Positions 26,501 to 41,500 of a stretch of DNA of 64,000 nucleotides are shown here, one piece after another. The stretch comes from Antedon mediterranea. Taxonomy: Eukaryota > Animalia > Echinodermata. Made by a program: the position numbers and the translations under genes. Location of the stretch: contig NC_092680.1 in assembly GCF_964355755.1 (NCBI RefSeq), positions 7,564,001 to 7,628,000 on the forward strand, written 5' to 3'. Position 1 is the stretch's first letter, and each line of letters opens with the position of its first letter. The notes under the pieces were generated by a model. It ran no database searches, was not told the origin of the DNA, and saw only the letters and a list, made by a program, of their open reading frames with translations.

Positions 26501-29500
26501 AAAGTGATTAACTTTATTAAAACTACAAAATAACCTATTTAAAGTCTGATTTAGTTAATCTTCATTTTTCATGTTGTTGAGGGACAATACATCTTTAATT
26601 GCACAATTTCATAGCATTTATTAATCTACCCTCATCAGCCGATGATGACTCCTCGCTGGATTGCTCTTTGAATACTCTTTCCTGTAAGCCTGGGTTTGTG
26701 TTTTGCTTTTCTTGTAAAATGGTCTCAGCAACTAGGGTAAGTTGTAACTCTTTGTTGTTTAGCCAGTTGACAACAAAATTAGGCGTTTTACTACCAGACA
26801 TTGAACTCAGGGCCGGTAATAATGGAATATCTATTTTGAAAAAATGAAAATTGTTTAGTAGCTAATTTTATGTGTTTATATTATAATAGTACTGTATTCA
26901 ATCATTCATTCATTATAACCTTTTCAACCTAACAGACATTGATTTTCTATTTTGGTAGAGAGAGGTGTATATCAAGGGACTTCATTTGTCTTCGTAAAAA
27001 ACAAAGAAATGTCGGTTGTCAGCAAATCCGATCAGAAAGATAATAACAATTTCCAGGTATAGATACTGCAGTAACTGGTAGTCTATTCAAAACTTTATTT
27101 CAGGTTCGAGAAAAGAGGAATATCTCAGGAGTGAAGTTTAAATGCTGCAACAAAATAGATAATACATAATGCATAAATTTCATAAATCATTATTAAAAGA
27201 AATATTTACCTGTATTAGGATTGATGGTAGATGCTATATGAAAATGCACAGGTAGAATACTATGACCATTTGTCTGTATGTTGTCTTGTAGAAAGTGGTG
27301 CATCTCATGCCCCTTATCATGACTTGGCAACGGTCCACTATTTGTATGTAACTGTTCATTTGATTTTTTTCTTTTTCTATATCGAACAAATTGAAAATAA
27401 ATTATTCAATATGTGTATCAACAAATTACAAAATGTTTCCACAAATATTACATATACACAAGATGTTCTAGTCTTTGGGAATTGAGTTGCTTTTGATCAT
27501 GAGAAAAATTCTTGAGATCTGACAGTGTTGGGACGCTGGATTCTGGAATCGGTACCTGAATATATACAAAAACAAAGCTACAACTCCATATAGTATATAT
27601 ATTGTAATTTAAAACCATCATTTAGTGCTTAACTGTTACTGTTGAACATGAAAAGTAGGTTTGGTATAAGAGGGATGTATGTTATGATAAGCCGAGGACC
27701 ACAGTATACTATTATTATTAACAAGGAAACAATTGTGGTAATTGGGTGGAACAACCAACACTCAAAACCACACTTTAAATCTCTTGAAAATTTGTAAGTA
27801 TTGCCGATTGCAGTAGAGAATTCAGAAATTCTACATAACAGAAAATATGTATACGAAATAATCAGATTGGTTTAGACTATATATTGAGCCAATTATTTTG
27901 AAACCTATGTTGTATTGACAAGATTTAATGGGATCGAAAAAACTGTCTGAGTAAATATTAATATCTATACTGTATGAATATAGTGTGGAGAATGGATATT
28001 CCACTGGGCTGGTGTATACATGCATCATATCTGCATGAAAACTATTCAAATATGGAGGTGGTTGTATTACAATAGTCATGTTAATTATTATCAAACTTAA
28101 GTGGCTTCAATCTTGAACACTATGTATTAAGTTGAGAAATTCAGAAAAAATTAATGACTAATTGATAGGTTCTAGTTTATGACTGATGATTGTTAATAAA
28201 AATAATGTACTTTTTAGTAACAATGTACTTCAGAAAGTAGGTTGTAAAGAACTTGTACATTATGATTTGAATGGGGAAGGGGGGGGGGGGGGGAAATGGA
28301 GAGGAGGGGGGGGGGGTGTAGGAGAATAATTCTCATGAAAGTGTTTAACATAATATTGCAGTCACTTACAAGTGAGGTATGGTAAGAAAAGAATGCCAAA
28401 ACTACTTAAACAAACTTAAAAATCATCATTATTGGAGGAAATTACATTTTGTATAAAAAGAAAAAAAAACAACAATGATTTATAATTTTTCCAAACCTGT
28501 GTTTTAAACTAATGTTAAAAGTTGGTTTCTTGATGTTAGAATGATGACGTCCGATTTCAAACATATTTCCGGTTTGACGCTGCGAGTTTTCTTCAAACAG
28601 GTTGAGATCTGGTAATAATGTTTCACACCATATACGACAGATATTATCACGACAAGAAGTCACTAAAATATTGGCCACAGAACCCCTGAAATGAGAAAAA
28701 AATGATTTCATAAGATTTCTTTATTTGCTTCTTTTACAGTCAACTCCAATACCAGATGAGAAACTCTAAAATCTGACTTTTTTTATGATGTTCAAAAGGT
28801 CCTAATTTTTTTTTCCTCCCATTAAAAACACATTTGGGATACCAGAATTTCTGGAAAACCACATTAGGATGTACAGTATTACAACCTTGATCTATCTTGC
28901 TTTAATACCCACTCCAAGAAAAAGCGCCACAAGAACTCTTAAAATTCAAGAATTCTATTCACATTTATTTAACCACGGAGGCTCAGATCAACTCATGGTT
29001 GACCTTGTGGCCGTACACATACAAAAATACAGATACAATTTAATAATCCTTAAATATTATTTACAGTGTATAAATATAATTGAGTTTATGTTTAAATGAT
29101 GTGTACATTGTTCCTAGTGTACTTTTAAAAACAATTAAAGTTTTTTTTAAATTCAGCCTTGATGAACTTGTGACCAAATGCTTATTACTAATTATGCTAT
29201 AATTTTAATATGACCCATTTTATTAAATTATTTATTTATTATTAATAAAGAAAAAACTAAATAAAAATGTCAATATATCAATTAAGATTTCAAAAAAAAA
29301 ATCTATTTTCTATTTCAACCATCGTTTTAATCTTTTAATAAAAGAAAATTGTCTAACAAAAGGTCAGATACGAGCAAGTATTAAATATTTATTGGCAAAA
29401 CTGGAAATGATGGCTTCGTGTTTATTTAAGTAATAACCACTGGCTAGCTTAGCCAATTGACTACTGCTGATAAACCAATATATACATAGAAATCAGGTCA

Positions 29501-32500
29501 CTTGAGAAAAATTTACACAAAAAATAAACTATGGAACAATTGCTAGTGTGATTCATGAGGTTATACTGCCGTCTTCACATCGCTGAATGACAAATAATTT
29601 CAATTCCTGAAAAGCTTTGATGATAATTACAGTTAGTAATATTAATTTTTAAAGCATAATCCTTAAAGTTGATAACATTTATTTGAGAAGAAATTTTAAA
29701 ATGTTTTTTTTTTTTGTGTTGAATATGCCATTTTAAATGTCACATAATCAGAAAAAAAATTGTAATTGAAAGAAAAAAATGTTGTCAGCCAATGGGTTTT
29801 TGGTTGAATTTAACCAATTATAATTGTTCGAAAACATTGCAACATGAACATGAAAGTGATTAACTTTATTAAAACTACAAAATAATCTATTCAAAGTCTG
29901 ATTTATTTATTCTTCATTTGTCATGTTTTTGGGGGACAATACATCTTTAATAAATTAATAACAGTTTGTGTATGCAGTTGATTTTAAACTTAAATTCAAA
30001 TTAAATTAAAAACCACTAAGATTGTTTTTAAAAGTGAGTTTTGAGGATATTTAGCTCAGACTTCTCGCTGTTTCTATAACAGTGCCTGTAGATCTTTTTG
30101 TGAGCAGTTGGAAGACTTAAGTGACCAGTCAAAAACACACAGCAAACGGAATGATAGTCAGTCAAACACAAAACTTTCTGATTTCATACAATGTTATACC
30201 TGTTTATGATTATATTATTAAATAAGAAATAAACTTTTACAAACGGAGATTGATAAACTGATAAATAAAATCAGAGATGTAATCATTTTGTGATATCAAT
30301 CAGGATGCATGATATGTGTTGATCAAATTGGAAATATTTAATTAAAAAATTACTAAATATTTTTAAATGCTTTCATTCGGAATCAACTACACCTATCAAA
30401 AATACTATGTACTTATTGAACCTTAAGTATTAATAGAAAAATGTACTACTATATTAATATTTTATACTCATAGTGACAAATATTATTATGATTATTTTAG
30501 TAGTTATCAATTTGCAAAAATTAAATTAATTGTCCTTAGTGCAAAATGTTGTCATCAACTGCCAAAAGATGTTCACATTGACATTTGATTCAATTTTGTT
30601 GTTTGACAAGTTTCAACAATGTAGGTAGCATTTGAAGCATGGATGTTTATATTTGTCTGGCAACTGTTCCAACATATAAATATTGCAATAGTATTAAACT
30701 ATAAAATGAAAGATATTTTCTCATGTATCATGTGACATTTTGAAATGGCTTTTTAAACTATCAGCTTCAAGTCCTATGAAAAAAATGACATAACAGATTG
30801 TGGGCTTGCTCTCTCATTACAAACTGACATACGTGAAACGACACAGTAGGATGTTGGAATTTCAAAGCTCTCATGCTTTCACTGGTATGGAAATTGAAAG
30901 GAATTGAACCAAAATGATTACCATGACTGGTCAATCACTGTGTTTCACAAAAAGGAATCTTATTCAGGCACTTTGTGAATTGGCATGCATAACAAAATTG
31001 GTAATTAAAGAAGAAAATATTTAAATGGAACCCGAATAAAAACCAGGCTTTTCGTGTGTCTTATAGAATAGTAACTTAAATCATGGAATGTACCATTATC
31101 TGACAGGGGTGTTTCATAAATTTGTATATATATTCGATTTGTAGCTCTCTTCTAAGAGAGAAAAGGCCAATGGGAGTTAATCCAGGTAAGCTATGCACAA
31201 AATAGACTGTAATGTTTACAATTTACTCCTATTGACACTTCACTATTTATCAATATAGTGGGCTATGTAAAGGTACGACATAACAATTATGCTACTGCAG
31301 TAACTACATGTTTTTACTGCAATAACGACAAAAAAATGATTTATTGCAATAAACAGTGCATATGATGATTAGCCAAAAAGATTACTAAATAATTATATAA
31401 AAAGATTAAAGTTGCAGTTAGAATCTTTTTAAAATTGTATAAACTTACTTTGGCATGTATTTACTTGTTTTTCTCCATGAGAATCCTGTGATGGCTCTTG
31501 GATGGGCAATGTAAACAAATGAATACTTTTCGTCGGAACATTCCATAACTGGATTGGCTACTGTTGAATTTAATGTGGCTTTTCTTGATCTGTGCCAAAT
31601 CTTGACAAGTCTGTCGGCCTGGAAAATGTAAAAACAATAACTTAATGGGGACATAGTTTTGGTACATTTTCCACTTAACACTCCTGAGGTCAAAATTCGC
31701 TCGCCTTGATGTCCGTCTTTTAGGTCTGAAACTACCTTTTGTCTATCCGTTTTTCCAATGCAGAAGACAAGTATACAAATAATGAATGTAAATAGGGGAA
31801 TATTTTTGAGTTGAAAAATGGACTGGTTTATTTAATGAATAAAAATATTCTATCCATTCCACAAATACAAAACACCTTATTAATAACAGATATATAACAC
31901 ACCATTGGAAATGTCAAATACTAGGATACAGTTCCATCAGAACAAGGCGCTCATTACTAAATGGCAGAGTAGAGGCGTTAGATCAGCGCATGCTGAAAGC
32001 GCAAAAGATCCTGAATATGCAATGTAGCACCATGTGAATGGGGAAGGTATGTAAACCAGCAAATCAAATGGCTAGGAAACAGGTGTGAGTTATAATACAG
32101 ATATTGACTGCTTAGAGGTTAAATATAAGATTTACATAGGCTATGTAATATAATATAATGTTACAAGTTTGAATAGATTCTCTATTGTATATCATCGGCC
32201 ATAATTGTACTACTTTAAAAGCAATTTCATTTTATTTTGATGGCTTTGTTTTAACTATACAGGCCAATTGCCATTAAAATGTATAGCACATTGCTAGGCA
32301 TTATGCCGTATGCATAGTATTAATACTAGTATGTGTACTTATCAGTGAATAAATTACAATATAGATCAATGTTTCACATATCTAAATCATAGAAAATATA
32401 CTTCACACGTAATTTACCTTTCCAGCAGAAGCAAAATATTGCCCATCTGGAGAAAACTTGAGATGATATACTGGAGTGGAGGTTCTAAAAAAATATACAA

Positions 32501-35500
32501 AATAGATATATTATCTTTCTTTGAAAATAGAACAATTAAAGATGTATTGTTCCCCAAAACATAAAATCAAAGGATGAATGAAATCAAAATTTGAATGGGC
32601 CATTTTGTAAACTTTCCTAAAAAAGAAATAAAAAAAAGTTAAATCATTATTTTTTTTCAATTATTCTCTTTTGTATAAAAAAAAAGGGTTATGTTGATGT
32701 TATATAAGCTATGTTTATTATTAGGGTGGGTCGAAACTCTTTTCCCTCCCCACCAAAAAAAACCTACAAATATTAGTTTGTGTAAACATCCTCTTATAAA
32801 ATGTAATCCTATAGCAACTTTTTCTACAAATGTTTAAAAGCACTACAACTGAATATCATGTAATATACATACTTGCATTGCCAAATACATTCCCACAATG
32901 CACCGTTGCTTTCAGATCCGCTTGCTGGTGAACCATCTGTTGCCTCACTATCTGGCGTTTTTTCTATTACCATGGCGCATGCCCACAATTGAATAGAATC
33001 ACTTCCCGTCAACAATTTAGAACCTAAATTGGAAAAAAAACATACCATGTCAAAATCTATACAGTATTTATTTGAATAAACGTCATTGTTTATAAAGGTT
33101 TTTAGAGGGGGGGGGGGGGATGTATCTGAAGGAGGCGTTTATTTTTTTTGGGTGTAATATGGTAACATGTATAATCAAATAAATACCCCCTAGATATGAA
33201 AAAATACAACACAATTAATATCGAGAAAGTGATAAAATACAGTAAAATAGTATCAAAATGCTTGATAAAATTGTAGATCAATCAATGAATTCTACTACAG
33301 ATGGAGTGAAAAGTTATAAAGACATTTTTCAATGCAGTATACCTATTTAGCAGAGGAATTCACTCTTTACATTAATAACTGGGATCTTTGATCTTTTAAT
33401 TCACCATAGCATCAGAGCCCTTGAAGCAATGACTGTATGTAAAGCTGTCAGCCTTTACATCTTATTAATTCTATAGGGTTCGCGTATTATAAAGTACATT
33501 ATACTTGGATTATCCTGATTTGCGAAAAATATAAAGTCGTAAAGTGAAAATATTTTCACTGAACTCTCTGTAAACGCAGGCTGTGTTAGCGAAATTTTTA
33601 GGAATCATGAAACATGCTGAACTGGCATCAGAGAACCTGACAATCTCAGTACATTATACTCGGACTATCCTGATTTGCAAAAAAAAATTTAGTCGTAAAG
33701 GGAAAATATTTTCACTGAACTCTTTGTGTAAATGTAGGCTGAACCTGAAAATGTTCAAATAGAGTAAGCAGTTCACAAAAACTGGAGAAGAAGGTTTGCG
33801 CAAAAGTAGTCATTATGTTTTCTGAAAGGTCACGTACATGTCACAAAGGTACAATGTCTACCCTGCCCTGCACATTTGCACAGTCACCCTGACCTCTGAG
33901 GCCACTGCTAAATCTAAATGGAAAGGTGTGAACCAGTCATGTCCAGTGGGTCAATATTAGAATCATTATTACATCTACAATAGGTCTATTACAATAAACC
34001 TGAATATTATGATTATTATAATACAAAAATCAATATTCCAAAGTATATTCCATCAGTTTTATAATAAAGTTAAAATCAACAGATGAGACTCGGATTCAAA
34101 ATTGTTTATATTACATAAAATTCATATTAAAGTGGATTGTTATGGTCTAGCAGAAGAGGTTGACGAACTATTGACACATTAAGTATGCATCTAGTAGTAT
34201 GCAAATACAACTGATGTTATATTAGCATGCAGTACAAAACCAATTTAAGCTTATTGTCTGTAAATCTGATGAGATCTTTTCGATAATGCTTAGCATTTAC
34301 TTACTCGTTCAATTCTAGAATCTAAAGCGCTGTCTACACTATCAAACTTTGATGTGCCAATATATAATGGACATGATGTTGTCATATCACTACTATATTG
34401 GGAATATCACTACCATATTTGTCAAACTAGTTTGATAGTGTAGACAGTGCTTTATTTATATTCATTTATACAAAAATTTTGTTTACAATTCAAACTTGAC
34501 AAAATCTGAAATTTCATATTTTCTCAATCCAAAGAAAAATATTATACCATAATCTAATGTTTTGAATCAATTTTTTTTACTGAACTAGATACATTTTCTA
34601 TGCAGTAAAAAATGATATTGTTCATTTGTCTTAGACTCACTGTGTATAGTTTATTTGTTTGCAGATAAATGTCAATGCATTAATATTTAATGAATTTCCT
34701 CCTAGCAATATACAGTATCCATATAGCACAAAGTATATATTTTTTTAATAATTTTGTTTTCTATAATATTTAAAATGTATTTTGTAATCATTATTTTGAA
34801 TTTTAATGGATTGAATAATGGAAGATCACAAACAATCCATAACCTACTTTAGTATTAAAAAGGATGATGCATGATGAAAATAAATTGATATGCAATAGTT
34901 TTAAGCTCAACTCATTCTTAGTCATCTTTTGCTAATTACCCAATCGTTTTAGTTGGTAGATAGTGTGTCATCAATAACTCATCATACTTGTACAGATCAC
35001 CAAGCTACAGTACCAGTGTGAAACGTAATACAGTCAACTCTGTTAAATACCGGACACCTTTAGATGGACGTACTGTGTAATGCGTGGTTTACCAGAAATT
35101 CACTGGCGTACATTCAACGCAAGTGATGACCAATCACATTGCATCATGACCGCTAATTAATCTTTATTTACTTTAGCAGTCCCTGATCAATTCATCTATA
35201 TTTTATATTATGGTTTGTTGGAAAAATAAAATAAATTGGTAAAATTACTTGCATTAAGCTTACATCATTGTGTTGTGTCCTAGTGAGAACCAGGCAATGT
35301 TACAATAAAATGTATGGTCTTTTGGACCACAGAAAAGTCTAGTTTTGGGAACTTTTTGGTTTTCAGAGAATATAGTACAGTGTAGAACCTTCATTTACAT
35401 ACGATACGGGACCGAAAAGCATGCGTAAAACATGGGATTCGTAAAATCCAGGTTGACCTTAAATTGACCCCCAAATACGTAGATCGAAGCGTACGTAAAA

Positions 35501-38500
35501 TCACGGGAACGTAAAATCAGGGTCAGTAAGTAAAACATAGGTTCTACTGTATTAGGAAAAGTCAAATAATAAATGTTGAGTTGAAAGATTTAGGACTGTT
35601 CTAACAAGACAGGTTAGACATCATACTGTATCATATTTAAGTTTCTTGACAGAAAGATAATTTTCTTTTATTAACATTATTTATTGATTTATCATCAATG
35701 TATTCATGAACTAAACATTTATCCATTATTTTTATGGATTTATCTTTCATTCAATTTGTGGTTGTCACCTATGTTTAAAAAAATTCACATCTTTTTAAAC
35801 ATTTAGCCATAAATTGACTATTTGCAAGTTAAAATATTGTACGATTATTACACCTTAAAGCAGTTTTCAATTTGATTGTGAAAAATTCAATAGGATTCCC
35901 ATTTTTTTTTATTAGTTCAAAAATAATGTTATTTATCTTCATGTTAAAAAATAGAAAAAATTAATTAGAAAATCATTTTTTTGTTTGTTGCTATTGTTTT
36001 GGGGTGGTATGGATGTAGTCCATTTATTTATTTATACAAAAGATTAATCTGTGGGCACAAATATAATAATATAAATTGTTCTGTTCATTGTCATTGGTCG
36101 ATTCAAATTAGATGGAATGATGAAATTTACCAAGAAATTGCTATACTGTATTGGTGAAAACATCACAAAATAGACAGTTATGGAGTCAACTTGGAGTCCT
36201 ACAGTGGTTATAAAATGGCTAGCAATGATGTGTGATGGTCTTAAATAATGGCACAATGAAAATATCTGCCATGTACATAACATGTATAAAAACAACACAA
36301 AATAGACAGCTATGGAGTCAACTTGGAAAGGTCTTCACCTTGCAGTATGGGTTTAAAATGGCTAGCAATAATTTGGTCGATTTAAAATTCGCCTATCCTC
36401 TACCATGCCGAAACTTTGCTAATTATGAACATGGTCAGGTTCGTTTTGTTTAAAATGTGAAATAGACATATCAAAATGTGCAAATATACTGTACCATCTT
36501 GGTTCCATGACAGATTGCTTGCCAGTGAATCCAATTTAAAACAACCATATTGTTTCCATTCATAGGCAAGAATTTTCTGTAAATAAACAAAATATGTAAT
36601 ATTATTAGTTTAGATTATTGAACATCAGTGGAACCACTATTATCAGTTTATTACTGTTTTCTGTTATGGTAATATTGTCATTATTAACTTAAATTATTGA
36701 ATATTGGTAAAACCCGTAGTTTATTACTGTTTTTCATAATCATCGCATGTTTATGGTTAATCGAGATTTAAACAACAAATCCTTCTTGTGATTAACCGAC
36801 TTTGGCATTCAATCAAACAACTGATTTATTTTTTTAAATTTTTTAAGAGCACCATTTTAATCAGTTACTTTAAATTTGTCCTGTTTCTGCTGCCAAGGAC
36901 ATGTAGTATCACACTGTTGTTTAACATACAGTAGGCCAGAGCAAATCAGTTATTAGTTAAGTTAAAAATAGAGGCTTTATAGACAATATTAAAAACTGAA
37001 TTAATGATTTAAAACTAATTAAGTGATGATACAGAATAATAATGCCCTACCCCCTTTTTTTTAAACTGTTACTGTTAGTGTTACTTTTTAAGAGCAACAT
37101 TTTAATCAGTTACTTCAAATTTGTCTTGTTTCTGCTGCCAAGGAAATGTAGTAATCATTCACTGTAACACAGGCCACATCCCAACCAGTTATTATTTAAG
37201 TTATTCACTTGAAAATAGAGGCTTTATAATAGACAATTAAAACTGAATTTAATGATTTAAAAACTAATTTAGTGATGATACAGAATAATAATGCTATTTC
37301 AGTGGGCGTTTGGTATAATTATAATTATTGCATTGACCTTTGCAGTGCTAATCAGTTCAACATAATAATGAAGTACCAAACTTGCAATCAATTGTAAAAA
37401 TCTAATTAACTAACACTAAGATCCATAGACGACCTTAATTGTATGTCATAAGCATTCAAAGTGCAAACAGACAAAATTACGTCCACAATACGATAAAGTA
37501 AATTGATATAAGCATGTATTACAATAGTGAGCAGGATATTACATATCATTATTAATCGATGTATTGGCAACGTCAAAACAATTTATTAAAATCTTCAAGA
37601 TATTTGTATGTTCATATTATTTTAAAATATTAATATAATTGGTCAAACCACTTAAAGATGTATTGTCCCCTAAAAACATGAAAAATGAAGATTAATTAAA
37701 TCAGACTTTGAATATGTTTTAAGTTTTATGGAGTGTCCACATGTGCGACTACAGAATTAGGATTTGCACAGCAAAGCTCTGTTTACACTATCAAAATTGT
37801 TTGACAATAAAACTGTGATGTGCCCATGGTGGTAGTGATATGCCAAAATATGGTTGGTAGTGATATGACATGTCACATGTTTTTGTCACATAAAGTTTGA
37901 TACTGTAAGTGTAGAGAGAGCTTAAAGGAAGTTGATGAGATGATCATTATTATTCTTAGCACATGTTTCTGACAGCAATCAGCAATGATAATATACTTAC
38001 TGATGTTCCTTTATTTTCAGTTGGTACAGGTTCAAAGAGATACACTTGATTTGCATATGATGCTGCAATCTGTAATGAACAAAGATCCATCAATTTCACA
38101 AACATAAAAATAGACAATTGTCATTATTTATCTTGCATGGTAATAATAGTCTGAAAGAAATAGTCATACAGTAGTGCAGGTAATGAAAAAAAGACTGACA
38201 AAAAAGATTCTTTGTCAGTACTTACGAATTACCATTACCTAATTCATATTATTAACTCCAAAGACCTATTTACACAGACAAGCGGTAATAAAAATATATA
38301 AATCTATGTTATTCCTTAATTAATTAATTAATTAATACACAGAACACGGAGAAGATGGGCGGTTCCCATGGATAGATACAGATTCTTACATGGGACAAGC
38401 TGGCCGGTTTTCCAATTGACCGTAAGGGGGTACGGTAACTGTATGATTGTTAAATCATATCTGATCTTAAATGTAGTTACTGGGGCACTACTGTAGTAGG

Positions 38501-41500
38501 TACTGTACAGTTAGTAGATTAGGAAGTTGTTTGAAGTTTACTAAACTGGGGGAGGGGATGGAGTTTTTAGTTATACTGTATGTAGTCTGAGAGGGTTTGT
38601 AATGAGGGAGTGGTAACATATTAACAATAGTCTGTCAAAAATAGTTAAACATAAAGTTAGTTCATAATTTATGTAGCTGTCAAAGAGGGAGAGGGCGCCC
38701 ACTTGCAGCTCCCCATAGATATTCTTCTGGGAGTTGTCCTAGAACCTTTTGAAAATTATTTTTTCTATGACCTTTCCTTCTAGCTTCCACAAATGTTGGC
38801 AAACTTGCGAATGTACGGTATTGGCAATTTGCATACCAGAAGATCAACATATGACTATTTATGTCAAACAAACACTGCCATTATTCAAATCGCATCCATT
38901 TAAATTAGTTTCTGTTAATGGCATTTTTTTTATTGACAATTGCATCTTTATTGATTTGATTGTGGTATTGCTTTGCAAATTATTAACATATTGAATTAAC
39001 AAAAATGAAAATAAGCTGACAAACAATATAGAGTGCTTGAAGATGTGTGTATTGGAAAAAAAAAGCAGAATTAAGATGTAATGTAATTGAATTACCGTAC
39101 TGACGCGGGTATAAGCCCACCCGCCTTGAACATGAAATCACGTAAAGTTTGGGGGGTGGGTGAGGATCCAAAAATGCAGATCGTCAAAAACAGCACATGT
39201 AATACACTGTGTATTCCACCATGTGAGCGAGCGCCCTCACGTGTACGACGTTGCCTCTAAATACACGAGGTGTAGAGTGTCGGAAAATTAAGCTTATACT
39301 CAGTAGTTCGTGTAATTTATCGTAGAATATCTTATTTTAAACATCAATTGAACAAGAATTTATCAAGCAGAAAAGCAAGTATACAATGTTCGTTAAATAG
39401 AAATGTACCAAAGAAATTTAATAAGCTTGTTTATGGTAGCCGATACTAAATAGTGGTTTTCTGTTTTGGCGACTTGTAGCGTCGTGTGTGAAGCGATCTT
39501 CGACCGCGATGGAGTGTAAACAAAACAGGACCGCTAGGCCTCATATGGCCTAGCGTATATTAGCCTAGCTTGGTTATGATCAAAGGTAGGTGTATTCGGT
39601 GTATGGACGTCGCCAAATACAAAATAATGTATTAAGACACACACTGTAGATCTTCGAATTAATGGGTGGGCTTATACCCGAGTGCCTCATTTTTCATGAA
39701 AATTAGTCAAAAGTCGGGGGTGGGCTTATACCCAAGTATGGGCTTATACCCAAGTATGGGCTTATACCCACGTCAGTACGGTAATCATAAAATATCATAA
39801 AATATTGTTGTCAATTATTAACTGTAGATTAATTGGGTTAATAACTAGTTTGTATACAGTATTTTTCACTATTTTTCAACATAATGAAATGATGTTTTAC
39901 AGTATAAAACCTCAATCGCACTGAACTTGATTTCTTCAAATTAAACAAGTCGCCGGCTAAAGTGACCAATAAAAGTCCAACAAACTATGGTCAAATCTTC
40001 CGATGACATTGAATAAAGCTACATTGGTTAAATTTACCATTTTTCAAGTCCAGTGCGTACAAGGTTTTAGAAATCAAATACAAAATACATTGTACTGAAA
40101 ATAATGTGTCAAAAGATTTGTTCTAATTAGCATTGATAAAATTATCTAAAAGCTCAGTTCATGCTAGGATCATGTGACCATTGCTTTATAATTGACTATC
40201 CATAATAAATGATCAATACAGGCCTCGAATTTTACCGCGGCCACCGCGGCCAGTGCCGTCGGTGCCCTCCCAGTTGGCCTCAATGCCCTCGAAAATGAAT
40301 AGCACCCACGGCCACTACTGGCCTGCCCTTTTTTGCGTTGGCCGCGAGTGCCCTTCCCAAGTTTTACCACAATAAAAACAACTGAATTAGATAGAAAATA
40401 ATGTCAAGAAGATTTGTTTACACGACTCGGACGAGACGCAAAACTATCGCCTGTCTTCGTTGCAAGGGGATTTCCCTAAACGCATTTATTAATACACAAA
40501 CACTGAAACAGTAAACAAAACATCGAACATTTTGTAACCAAAACAATATCATCCCGGCCGCCGTGCGTGGTAAATCATGATATAGATAGTACATTAAATA
40601 CAGGGGTGTACACTTTTAATAATCAAGCTAAAAACGTTCCTCGATCGGAGGTTACTGAAAGTATTAAAGTCGCACCACCCCACCTCAATAATCGAGCTAG
40701 CCGCCTTCGATTACACGCACTCCTAGCTAGCCTAGCCTATCCTCCCGCCGTCGATCCGGTCGAACACACGCAATTCAATTCATTGGGAAAACAATTCTAT
40801 TTGACGCACACGCACCCTCTGATAAGAAATTTCACACACGACGTCCGTACGTACGCCGTACGCAAAGGATGAGATCGTTGGAAAAACAATTCCTTTTGAC
40901 GTACACGCACCCTCTGAAAAGAAAATACCATGTGCGTTCCTGCATGGTGTAGTCCATTATACGTGTAAAATTAGGGGTGTTTACTTTTAGCACCAAAGTT
41001 AAACCTGCACCTCAACCCGAAGATCGTTGGAAGTACTGTATATCATATTTATATTTTATCGCACCCACCTCAATAATCCAGCAGACAGATCATCGAAAAA
41101 TCTTGTTTAACAACGTCGTACACTAAATTACCAAACGCGTTTTTACCGAACTCAAGGAAATGGTATAGTCCACAATACGCGTGCAGAAGGCCGGCTAAAC
41201 AGAGAGAGAGAGAAAGGGGTCGGTGTCCGTCCGTGTTTTGAATTCTTATAAATATGGATTATACTAACAAAAAAGCTTCAGAAATCGAAACTCGGAAAAT
41301 AACTATAATTTATATTCTACTACATAATGTCATTGGCTTGATTTTACCGTGGTTAACACTCTGTGTATGAATAGTTGTAGGTAAGGCCTACAAACAAATT
41401 GTTTTTGTATCATGTTTTCTCCGTCGGCTGCATGCTAGGCTGAGGCTTGCTGTTGTTCCTTGGTTGGCTTCACGTGCCTTTTTATCGAATTATTTGAAAC

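Noticed and set aside
40170-40872. Transposase ORFs in the 6-bp-TSD element
   Set aside because: The short ORFs show no DDE, BED or other recognisable motifs.
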